Notes under the pieces: model-generated
What the model was told of the DNA's origin: nothing
Seen by the model: the letters and a program-made list of their open reading frames with translations, nothing else
Database searches by the model: none
Assembly: GCA_037446215.1 (NCBI GenBank)
Contig: JBBIJB010000023.1
Coordinates: 1 to 32,315 of the forward strand
Length of the DNA: 32,315 nt
Reading direction: 5' to 3'
DNA from: Armatimonadota bacterium
GTDB taxonomy: Bacteria; Sysuimicrobiota; Sysuimicrobiia; Sysuimicrobiales; Humicultoraceae
Translations under genes and position numbers: made by a program
In this document: positions 16,764 through 24,494 of the stretch, piece by piece
How the letters are laid out: each line of letters starts with the position of its first letter
How positions within the stretch are numbered: position 1 is the stretch's first letter

Positions 16764-17584
16764 GCCTCACCCCCTGCCGCCCGGCCCTCAAGTTCGGGCA
16801 GAAGCTGGTCTAGCCGCTCCAAGATGAAGTCCGGGGCGGGAGCCGCCCGCAGCGCTTCCTCCGCAGTCGTCACTCCGGTCAAGACCAGCGCCGTGACCAT
16901 CCCGGCGGCAACGCCCATCGCCACGTCCGTCCCCAGGCGGTCTCCAACGATCATGCTCTGCCCTGCGGGTACGCCGAGGCGCTCCGTCAGGACCCTGCCC
17001 ATGATCGGCGACGGCTTTCCTACTACCTCTTCCACACTGTGACCTGTGCAGCCCTCGATCGCTCCGATCACCGCGGCGCAGTCGGGCAGCCCACCCTCGG
17101 CCGTGGGGCAAAATGGATCGCGGTTCGTGGCAATGAACCTGGCACCGGCCCGAATGGCGTCGAACGCGGTCTGGAGCTTGCGGTAGTCGAAGGTCCGGTC
17201 GAAGCAGGCCACCACGATCTCCACCTCGCCGGGGTGCTCTGTGAGCAGAAACCCCGCATCGGCCAGCTCGCGCCTGATCGACTCCTCACCCACAACGAAC
17301 AGCCGCGCGCCTGGGGAGGTGGTCTCAAGGTGACGGACCAGTACGTAGGAAGAGTTGATCACATCCACCGCAGGGGTCGGCACGCCCAGGCGCGTCAGCT
17401 TGACCGCGTAATCCTCGCGGCTTCGGAGCGGGTTGTTCGACAGGAAGACGACCGGCCGACCGGCCGATCGCAGGGTGGATACGGCCCTCTGCGCCCCCGG
17501 AAGCAACTCCTCTCCCAGGTAGACTGTGCCGTCGAGGTCGAAGGCGTATCCGTCGTAGAGCCGCGCAGGCCTCCGCACCGCCAC
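16760..17584 (-). CDS. HAD-superfamily subclass IIA phosphatase (NagD/AraL-like)
   Basis: FDLDGT, LSNN, ATNRD, GKPS and GDRLGTD motifs. Confidence 0.92.
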   Translation of the reverse strand: MAVRRPARLYDGYAFDLDGTVYLGEELLPGAQRAVSTLRSAGRPVVFLSNNPLRSREDYAVKLTRLGVPTPAVDVINSSYVLVRHLETTSPGARLFVVGEESIRRELADAGFLLTEHPGEVEIVVACFDRTFDYRKLQTAFDAIRAGARFIATNRDPFCPTAEGGLPDCAAVIGAIEGCTGHSVEEVVGKPSPIMGRVLTERLGVPAGQSMIVGDRLGTDVAMGVAAGMVTALVLTGVTTAEEALRAAPAPDFILERLDQLLPELEGRAAGGEA

Positions 17585-17588
17585 GATC

Positions 17589-19319
17589 CTAGCTGCCGCC
17601 GCCCGATCCGAACAGACCGCCCATCCGCGCGCCGGTCAGCCGGTAGACCCCGTACAGGGTGAGGGCACAGAGGATTATCAGGACGAAACCGAGCGCGGCT
17701 GCCTGGCCGATGGTCCCCGAGGTGTAGTAGGTGAAGATGCCGATGGTCATCGTCTCCCATCCCGGCAGGAACACCAGGATCGTGGCAGCCGCCTCCTGCA
17801 GCGCGAACATCAGCGAGAACAGGGCGCCTGCCAGCACCCCGCGCCAGATCAGCGGAAGGGTGATGTCAAAGAAGGTGCGCAGACCGGACGCCCCCACGCT
17901 TGCCGCGGACTCCTCCATGGACTTGTGCAGGCTGAGCATGGAGGCATAGGTGGCGCGCACCGTGTAGGGCATGCGCCGCACCGCCAGCACCAGAGGCATT
18001 ATCACCCACATCCTGCTCAGGATCAGGCCCACGGCGGGAAGCGGGAAGTGAAATGCCCGGATGTAGGCGATTCCGATGGCGGTACCGGGCAGAGCGAGGA
18101 TCAGAGTCACCAGCGAGTCCATCGCGCCACGGCCGGGCAGGTTGCTGCGCGCCAGCAGCCAGCCCATCGGCACACCCACCGCGAGGATTATGGCCACCGC
18201 GATCGCGCTCCATCGAATGGTGTTGATAAGGAAGATCGGCGTGAGGTGAATAACCTGGTCCAGGTGGGAGAGCGTGAACTTAGTGGGGAACGGCGTCAGG
18301 GACCAGGCCTTGCCGAAGGCGGCCATGGTCACCCCGAGATAGGGGAGGAACGCTACCGTCAGGACAGCCACGAAGAACCCGGGGGCGAGCCAGCGCGCGA
18401 CCCCTGTGAGGGGCTTTCGCTCGACGGCCCTGTACGAGACGACCGCGTACTCGCGGAGCGTCACCAGGCGCCGCGCGATCACTAGGAACACGATGGCCAT
18501 CATTGCCATCAGCGCGCCGATCACTATGCCCATCTTGAAGAGGCGCGCGTCAATGTACTGCACTATGTTGAGGTAGGCCTGGGAGGCGATCAGGTCCTGC
18601 ATCCCCACCACCAGCGGCGTCGCGAAGTCCGCAAAGGCGAGGATGAAGACAAGCGTGGCGCCGGAGATGAAGCCGGGCGTCACGAGCGGCAGGGTGATGT
18701 CACGTATCTTTCGCAGGCCCCTGGATCCTAGTGCCTCGGCGGCCTCTTCGAGAGACGCGTCTACCTTGCCGAGCCCGTCGAGCACGTTGAGGGTTACGAG
18801 GGGGAAGTAGTGAAGGATCATCGCCAGTAGAACGCCGTGCCAGCCGTAGATGAAGTTGATCGGCTTCGACAGGCCGAAGTAGTCCATCAGTATGACGTTC
18901 ACGGTGCCTGCCCGCCCCAGGATGAAGACCAGGCCCATGATTCCAACCAGCGGCGGCATTATGATGGGCAGGATGGTCAGGTAAGAGAACGTCGACCTCC
19001 CCGGGAAGTCGTACCGGACCAGCAGGAACGCCGCCAGGAAGCCGATCACTATGCACCCTACCACCGTTCCCGCGGAGACTATCAGCGAGTTGACGAGCGA
19101 GCGCCGGTAGAAGGAGTCGCCCGCGAAGCTGGCGATGTGCGATAGCGTGAACCTCCCATCCTCCGTGGAGGCCGCGTCGACAAACAGACGCCATAGAGGG
19201 AACACGATGAACAACAGCAGGAAGGCGTAGATGGGAAGAGCCCAGACGAGCGCTGGTACCCTGGCGCGTCGCCGCAGCCCGGGGCGGCTCCTGGCGGCCT
19301 CGAGCGGTGGGGGCGTCAT
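17589..19319 (-). CDS. ABC transporter permease, FbpB/AfuB type (two fused TM modules)
   Basis: 576 aa with two EAA loops (LEEAAEALGS, MEESAASVGA) and DFATP. Confidence 0.92.
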   Translation of the reverse strand: MTPPPLEAARSRPGLRRRARVPALVWALPIYAFLLLFIVFPLWRLFVDAASTEDGRFTLSHIASFAGDSFYRRSLVNSLIVSAGTVVGCIVIGFLAAFLLVRYDFPGRSTFSYLTILPIIMPPLVGIMGLVFILGRAGTVNVILMDYFGLSKPINFIYGWHGVLLAMILHYFPLVTLNVLDGLGKVDASLEEAAEALGSRGLRKIRDITLPLVTPGFISGATLVFILAFADFATPLVVGMQDLIASQAYLNIVQYIDARLFKMGIVIGALMAMMAIVFLVIARRLVTLREYAVVSYRAVERKPLTGVARWLAPGFFVAVLTVAFLPYLGVTMAAFGKAWSLTPFPTKFTLSHLDQVIHLTPIFLINTIRWSAIAVAIILAVGVPMGWLLARSNLPGRGAMDSLVTLILALPGTAIGIAYIRAFHFPLPAVGLILSRMWVIMPLVLAVRRMPYTVRATYASMLSLHKSMEESAASVGASGLRTFFDITLPLIWRGVLAGALFSLMFALQEAAATILVFLPGWETMTIGIFTYYTSGTIGQAAALGFVLIILCALTLYGVYRLTGARMGGLFGSGGGS

Positions 19320-20395
19320 GCTGTTGCCCCGGAGGCGAACACGAGCGCGGAGGCGGCGGGAAAACCTACCACGACCTCGGTGCCCGGGCTCATCAGGTGA
19401 TGCCGCCGCGGATCGTGCACGTCGAGCAGCAGGACGATCGCGTCCCCGGTCTCCACCTCATACCTGATGACGTTGCCCATGTACTGCGAGATCGCCACTC
19501 GACCTCTCATCGTCACGTCGAGGTCGGACCGACCCTCCGCGATCGAGAGGATCTCGGGCCTAACGGTGACGACCGCGGGAGCTCCCGCGGCAACCCTGCC
19601 CACGACCGTGCCCCGCAGCGTGCCAGCAGAGGTCTTGACCTGGGCGGCCCCGTCGCTGACGGAGACCACGGTGCCGGCCACCAGGTTGTTCGTCCCGATG
19701 AAGTCGGCGACGAACAGGCTCTCCGGGCGCTCGTAGAGGTCTACGGGCGTCCCGATCTGCAGGACGCGCCCGGCATCCATCACGGCGATGCGGTCGGAGA
19801 GAACCATCGCCTCTTCCTGGTCATGCGTCACGTAGATCGTCGTAATGTGCAGGTCCTGCTGGAGCCTCCGGATCTCGCTGCGGAGCTTGGCGCGCACCTT
19901 CGCATCGAGGTTGCTCAGCGGCTCGTCCAGGAGGAGGACGCGGGGATTGAGGACCAGGGCCCTCGCGACCGCCACCCGCTGCTGCTGGCCGCCGCTCAGC
20001 TGTCCCGGCGTCCGCCCTCCCAGCCCCTGAAGGCCTACCTGTTCGAGGGCGGCACCGACGCGGCGCGCGATCTCGGTCTGGGCGACGCGCTTGATCTTCA
20101 GGCCGTACGCGACGTTCTCGTAGACGGTCATGTGGGGCCAGAGCGCGTAGTTCTGAAACACGATGCCTATGCCGCGATCCGCCGGCGGTATCCCGTTGAC
20201 CAGCGTATCCCCAAAGGCAACGCTGCCGGCGTCGGGATCGTAGAACCCCGCCACCACTCGCAGCGTGGTCGTCTTGCCGCATCCTGACGGCCCGAGCAGC
20301 GTGAAGAACTCACCCTCCTCGATGGTCAGCGAAACCCCGGCCATCGCCTCAACGGCCTTGAACCGCTTGACGACGTCCGCCAATCGCACCTGCAT
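19316..20395 (-). CDS. ABC transporter ATP-binding protein, FbpC/AfuC/PotA type with TOBE domain
   Basis: GPSGCGKTT, FQNYALWPHM, LSGGQQQR, LLLDEP and YVTHDQEEA motifs. ATG 20395 with GGGGAG RBS. Confidence 0.94.
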   Translation of the reverse strand: MQVRLADVVKRFKAVEAMAGVSLTIEEGEFFTLLGPSGCGKTTTLRVVAGFYDPDAGSVAFGDTLVNGIPPADRGIGIVFQNYALWPHMTVYENVAYGLKIKRVAQTEIARRVGAALEQVGLQGLGGRTPGQLSGGQQQRVAVARALVLNPRVLLLDEPLSNLDAKVRAKLRSEIRRLQQDLHITTIYVTHDQEEAMVLSDRIAVMDAGRVLQIGTPVDLYERPESLFVADFIGTNNLVAGTVVSVSDGAAQVKTSAGTLRGTVVGRVAAGAPAVVTVRPEILSIAEGRSDLDVTMRGRVAISQYMGNVIRYEVETGDAIVLLLDVHDPRRHHLMSPGTEVVVGFPAASALVFASGATA

Positions 20396-20412
20396 GCTCT
20401 TCACTCCCCTCA

Positions 20413-20486
20413 CAGGGGTGGGCGCCACTCGGGCGCCCACCCCTGCGTGCTTCGCGCAGGTGCCGGGCCGCGCCCGGCTTCCTGCC
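20413..20486. other. Two intergenic GC-rich stem-loops between the SBP and ATPase genes
   Basis: Perfect 14-bp stem CAGGGGTGGGCGCC(20413-20426)/GGCGCCCACCCCTG(20432-20445). Second stem CCGGGC-cgc-GCCCGG within 20457-20486. Confidence 0.65.
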
Positions 20487-20497
20487 CCGTCTTCATG

Positions 20498-21640
20498 CTA
20501 CGGACAGTGCATCCTCTGCAGATCCCTGTGCCTCTCCAGGATGAGCTTCCTGAAGACGTCGTTCACAAGGGTGTAGCGCCCCTGGGCAACATCGTCGTCG
20601 TAGATGTTGCGGACCGGCTTGTCGAAGAACGAGCGTATCCCCGCGAACTCCGCCATGCGCTCGACCGGCGAGCCCGCAGGCCCCTCGAGCCTGTACTTCG
20701 GCGCGATTCCAAACTGGCCCCGGGCCATCATGACCTTCTGCCCTTCTTCGCTGAGGACGAACTGTATGAACGCGCGGGCCGCGCGCGGGCTGCGCGTGCC
20801 TGCGATCACCGCCAGCGGCTCAGGCGTGACGAATGCGGCCGTCGGGTTCACGTACTTGAGATCGTGCCCTCCGAGGACATCCTCGAAGGCCATGTAGGCG
20901 GGTACCGCGAAGCCCACGGCGAACTCGCCCTTCGCGACGACCGTCGGCACGTCGCGGCTGCGGGCGACGAATTGCCCGGTATTGGCACCGAGGCGCTGCG
21001 CCCACTGCCAGCCCTTGTCCCACCCCTGCGACTGCAGTATGACTTCGTACGAGGCGTGGTTGGAGCTCGAGCGGTCGGGTGTGCACTGCGCCACCTGGCC
21101 CTTCAGGCGGCAGTCGAGCAGGTCGTCCCAGTCCCTGATGGCCTCCATCCCCAACCTGCGCAGCAGGCGCGGATGCCAGATCAGGCCGTAGGGGGTCAGA
21201 CAGCAGCCCACCCAGAAGTTCTTGGGATCCTTGAGGAGTATGGCCTTGGGGGTCCCGATCGACGCCGGGATCTCGCGGAGGACCGAGTCCGGCAGCTCGT
21301 GCGGAACGAGCAGCCTGCGCTCTGCCAGATCGTCGAAGAGGGCGGGCTCACCGCCCCAGAACACGTCGGCCTCGGGCCGCCCGCCCCACTCGCGGATCCG
21401 CCCGTATGCGACCGGGGTTCCCGCCGAGACTATCGATCCCCGTATGGTGACTCCGAACTGCCTGCGGGCGAACTCGGTGAACGCGGCGAGCGTTGGGTCC
21501 GCGACGGTCCTTGCCACCGGTGTGATGATAACGAGCCGGTCCTCGACGGCCGGCTGTGCAAGCGACGTTGCCACGGGAATGGCCGCCAGAGCAAGGCTGG
21601 CGGCGACGATCCAGGCCCAAACGACGAGATGCAACCTCAT
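20498..21640 (-). CDS. ABC transporter substrate-binding protein, AfuA/FbpA (PBP2 Fe3+/thiamine/sugar-phosphate) family
   Basis: SPase I-type signal peptide, PEADVFWGG, WDDLL, PDRSSS, VAKGEFAVG and ARAFIQFVLSEEGQ motifs. AGGAGG RBS. Confidence 0.88.
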   Translation of the reverse strand: MRLHLVVWAWIVAASLALAAIPVATSLAQPAVEDRLVIITPVARTVADPTLAAFTEFARRQFGVTIRGSIVSAGTPVAYGRIREWGGRPEADVFWGGEPALFDDLAERRLLVPHELPDSVLREIPASIGTPKAILLKDPKNFWVGCCLTPYGLIWHPRLLRRLGMEAIRDWDDLLDCRLKGQVAQCTPDRSSSNHASYEVILQSQGWDKGWQWAQRLGANTGQFVARSRDVPTVVAKGEFAVGFAVPAYMAFEDVLGGHDLKYVNPTAAFVTPEPLAVIAGTRSPRAARAFIQFVLSEEGQKVMMARGQFGIAPKYRLEGPAGSPVERMAEFAGIRSFFDKPVRNIYDDDVAQGRYTLVNDVFRKLILERHRDLQRMHCP

Positions 21641-21755
21641 GGTCGCCTCCTATGACTTTGGGGTCGCCGGCCGGCTCGGCCGGCTTACTGAGCGGTACCT
21701 CAGATCTCGCCCTCTCTCCTCTGTACTTGTTAAACCCAGGGGCTTCGGGATCCTC

Positions 21756-21816
21756 GGGAGATGACAATGAGAAGGTCCCGGCCCGTATCCGCGGGAACCT
21801 TCTCCTCGTCTCGGCT
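21756..21816 (-). terminator. Leader hairpin: candidate GlpP-controlled attenuator upstream of the ABC operon
   Basis: On minus, GAGAAGGT-T-CCCG...CGGG-ACCTTCTC (core 21769-21804), extendable by GAGACGA/TTGTC-AT-CTC. GGAG motifs sit upstream of and overlap the 5' arm. The U-tract is weak. Confidence 0.6.
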
Positions 21817-21859
21817 CCAACCCTATGCTGCTCAGTCGTGCGGCTCTGTCGCTCACTCC

Positions 21860-21897
21860 ATCATATCAATACTATAGGGTCGACCCGGGCCGGTCAA
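21860..21897 (-). promoter_or_regulatory. Sigma70-type promoter overlapping the glpP 3' end, driving the ABC-HAD-GDPD operon
   Basis: TTGACC (21897-21892), 17 bp, then TAGTAT (21874-21869). A second extended -10, TGA-TATGAT, lies at 21868-21860. Confidence 0.65.
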
Positions 21898-22528
21898 GCC
21901 GAGGGGGATCTGCGAACCCAGCCGCCGGGACCCCCCAGAGGTGCTGCGCGCTCGTAGAGACCCCCATCGCGCCGGCCGCGAGAACGCACCTCACCTGGCG
22001 GGCGCTGCTTATCAGGCCTGCGCCGATTATGGGGAGATCGAGCTCCCCTGACAGCCGGGGCATGAGAGAGGGCACCACGGGGCCCGGCAGGACCTCGACG
22101 GCGTGCGGCCGTGAGTCGCGGGCCGACGCGATGCCGGTGGAGAGCGCGTCGGAGTCCAAGGCGAAGAGGCGCTGCAGGGCTACCAGTCCCCGCCTGCGCG
22201 CGTGCCGTATGAGGTGCGCCCTGGTGCTGGCGATACCGCACACACCCATCTCGTGCAGTAGCCGCAGTCCGGCCTCGTCCTTACCAACGCCCTCCAGGAG
22301 ATCGATGTGCACCAGCACCGGTCGCGACCCGGAGGCAGCAACAACCTCGCGCACCTCGAACACCGTACCCTTGAATACGAGGACCGCGGCCGCAGGCCGC
22401 GCGGAGACCGCCCGCCAGTCGGCAACTCCCCGAAGGGCCGGAATGACCGGAAAGGAGCGCAGGGCCGTACAGATCACCCCCCACGCCCTATCGGCGTCGA
22501 TGGAAGCGCCCGAGGGAGACCTCCTCAC
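21872..22528 (-). CDS. glpP: Glycerol-3-phosphate-responsive antiterminator
   Basis: PVIPA, VHIDLLEGVGKD, GIASTR, QRLFALDS, AVEVLPG, PIIGAGLI and GAMGVSTS...LW are the GlpP signature segments. Confidence 0.92.
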   Translation of the reverse strand: MRRSPSGASIDADRAWGVICTALRSFPVIPALRGVADWRAVSARPAAAVLVFKGTVFEVREVVAASGSRPVLVHIDLLEGVGKDEAGLRLLHEMGVCGIASTRAHLIRHARRRGLVALQRLFALDSDALSTGIASARDSRPHAVEVLPGPVVPSLMPRLSGELDLPIIGAGLISSARQVRCVLAAGAMGVSTSAQHLWGVPAAGFADPPRLDRPGSTL

Positions 22529-22893
22529 CCCTTGCCCCCGGGCACGCCCAGCCGTTCAGAGATCCGGGCCTCGAGGGCGGCGCCGTCCATACCGCTGATG
22601 AGATCGCATCCATCGACGATGAAGGCAGGGTAGGTCTTGGGCCGGTAGCGGACGACCCTGGCGAGCCACGCCAGCGAGTAGGGCTCGACTAGGTACACAG
22701 ATATCCTCTCGCCGTACAGGTCCTTGAGCCTGTCCAGGAGGCGCAGCAGCCTGTAGGTCCGCTCCCCCTGCCCCTCGGCCTGGCGCAGCCCGCCTCCGTG
22801 TGCGCCGGGTCCGGCCACGCTCCCGGACGCCCCCAGCATACCCGGAGCCAGGACCTCCACCACCAACCTCTTGTGAGATGACGCGCTCTGCAT
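22525..22893 (-). CDS. Small hypothetical protein, probable thioredoxin-like fold without CxxC
   Basis: 122 aa. Pattern VVEVL...LKDLYGERISVYLVEP...YPAFIVDG resembles the Trx beta-strand/cis-Pro segment. Stop overlaps the glpP start (GTGA). Confidence 0.6.
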   Translation of the reverse strand: MQSASSHKRLVVEVLAPGMLGASGSVAGPGAHGGGLRQAEGQGERTYRLLRLLDRLKDLYGERISVYLVEPYSLAWLARVVRYRPKTYPAFIVDGCDLISGMDGAALEARISERLGVPGGKG

Positions 22894-23001
22894 GGGAGTC
22901 GGGTATCAATCCGACCCCACGCCTCGATCTTCCTGCCTCCGGCGGCAGGAGATGGCGGCTCCCTTCCCGTACTGTCCCTGGGTCAGTCGGAGGGAGGAGC
23001 C

Positions 23002-23877
23002 GTGCGAGCACACGCAGTGGTCAACCCGCTTGCAGGTCGCGGCCGGGCAGCAAGAGCCTGGCCCCTGGCCCGGAAGGTCCTGGAGGAGGCCGGCTGGACC
23101 ATCACCGAGACCCGCTCGGAGCGACGCGGCCACGCCGTGGAGCTCGCGGCATCTGCGGAGTGCGATGTGGTGATAGCGGTGGGTGGAGACGGAACCGCCC
23201 ACGAGGTCGCCAACGGGATACTCCAGGGCGGGCGAGGGGCCGCCTTGGGGGTCGTGCCGATCGGCTCGGGCAACGACTTCGCGCGCGCCCTCGCTCTGCC
23301 GCGCGACCCGGCCGAAGCCGCCCGCCTGATTGCGACCGCGCGCCCGCGGCCGATCGATGTCGGCTGGGTGAACGGACGCTACTTCCTAACCATCGCCGGA
23401 GCGGGATTCGACGGCGAGGTGGCCTCGCAGGTCAACAGGTGGCCGAAGCTGCTGGGGGGAACTGCAGCCTACCTGCTGGGGATCCTCACGATGCTCGTGG
23501 TCTACGAGCCGGTGGACTCAGAGGTAGTCGTTGACGGGGACCTCAACCGTGAGAGGCTGTTCTTGATCGCGGTGGGCAACACCGCGTGGAACGCCGGGGG
23601 GATGTGGTTGGTACCCCCGGCCAGCCCTGACGACGGAGTGCTGGACGTGGTGGTGGCTGGGCCGCTGACTCGGTTCGAGACACTCTGCGTGCTGCCCCGG
23701 GTCTTCTCGGGGAAACACCTCCTCCACCCGAAGGTCAGGCAGGCAAGAGGCAGTGTCGTCCGGGTCACCTCCGCGATGCCGCTGGCGGTTCAGGCAGACG
23801 GCGAGTCCGTGGGGAGGCTGCCGGCTACCTTCACGGTCCATCCCGGCGCTCTGCAGGTCCTCGCTCCCTCCTACTGA
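23002..23877 (+). CDS. Diacylglycerol kinase family lipid kinase (DgkB/YegS-like)
   Basis: VVNPLAG, VGGDGT, PIGSGNDF, IDVG, GAGFDG, DDGVLD and QADGE motifs. GGAGG RBS. Confidence 0.92.
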   Translation: MRAHAVVNPLAGRGRAARAWPLARKVLEEAGWTITETRSERRGHAVELAASAECDVVIAVGGDGTAHEVANGILQGGRGAALGVVPIGSGNDFARALALPRDPAEAARLIATARPRPIDVGWVNGRYFLTIAGAGFDGEVASQVNRWPKLLGGTAAYLLGILTMLVVYEPVDSEVVVDGDLNRERLFLIAVGNTAWNAGGMWLVPPASPDDGVLDVVVAGPLTRFETLCVLPRVFSGKHLLHPKVRQARGSVVRVTSAMPLAVQADGESVGRLPATFTVHPGALQVLAPSY

Positions 23878-24494
23878 CCCGGCCTCTGGCCAGGAGGAAG
23901 CAGCCCGGCAATGGCCGTCATGAAGCGGCGTCCCCAGGCCTCCAGTTCGAGGCGCCCTATGCGTCCCTCGTGCTTGGGTACATCGATCGGCTCGCCTATT
24001 CGGACGGTCACTGGCCGTCTCCGAGGCAGCCAGAAGCCCTTGGGCATGGCTACGTGGGTGCCGATCACCGCCATGGGCAGGACTCGTGCACCTGCCCTCA
24101 GCGCGAGCAGCGCGGCGCCCGGCTCGGCGGCCATCAGCCTGCCGTCCGGACTCCGGGTGCCCTCGGGGAACATCAGCACCAGTTGCCCCCCAGAGAGCGC
24201 CTCGAGGGCGGTGCGTATCGATCGTCGGTCCGGTTCACCCCTCCTGACCGGGAAGACTCCCAGGCGACGCAGCAGGGCGCCCAGCACGGGGATGCTCAGC
24301 AACTCCTGCTTGGCCATGTAGCGCGCCCTCCTCCGGAGGGCCACGCCTGCGATCGGGGGGTCTGCCGCGCTCGCGTGGTTGCATACCGCCAGGACCGGGC
24401 CTTCCCCCGGCTCGTTCTCGCGCCCCTCAACCCTGAGACGGAAGTGAGCCCAGAAGACCAGTGTGAACGCGAGCTTGAGCACGCTATACAGCAT
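23871..24494 (-). CDS. plsC: 1-acyl-sn-glycerol-3-phosphate acyltransferase
   Basis: NHASAAD (HX4D), MAKQEL, FPVRRG and FPEGTRS motifs. Follows cmk. Confidence 0.92.
   Translation of the reverse strand: MLYSVLKLAFTLVFWAHFRLRVEGRENEPGEGPVLAVCNHASAADPPIAGVALRRRARYMAKQELLSIPVLGALLRRLGVFPVRRGEPDRRSIRTALEALSGGQLVLMFPEGTRSPDGRLMAAEPGAALLALRAGARVLPMAVIGTHVAMPKGFWLPRRRPVTVRIGEPIDVPKHEGRIGRLELEAWGRRFMTAIAGLLPPGQRPGQ

Noticed and set aside
17589..21640. Calling the ABC system an iron (fbpABC) transporter
   Set aside because: The family assignment fits, but the context (glpP, GDPD, HAD) points to organophosphate, and I saw no Fur-box-like AT-rich palindrome.
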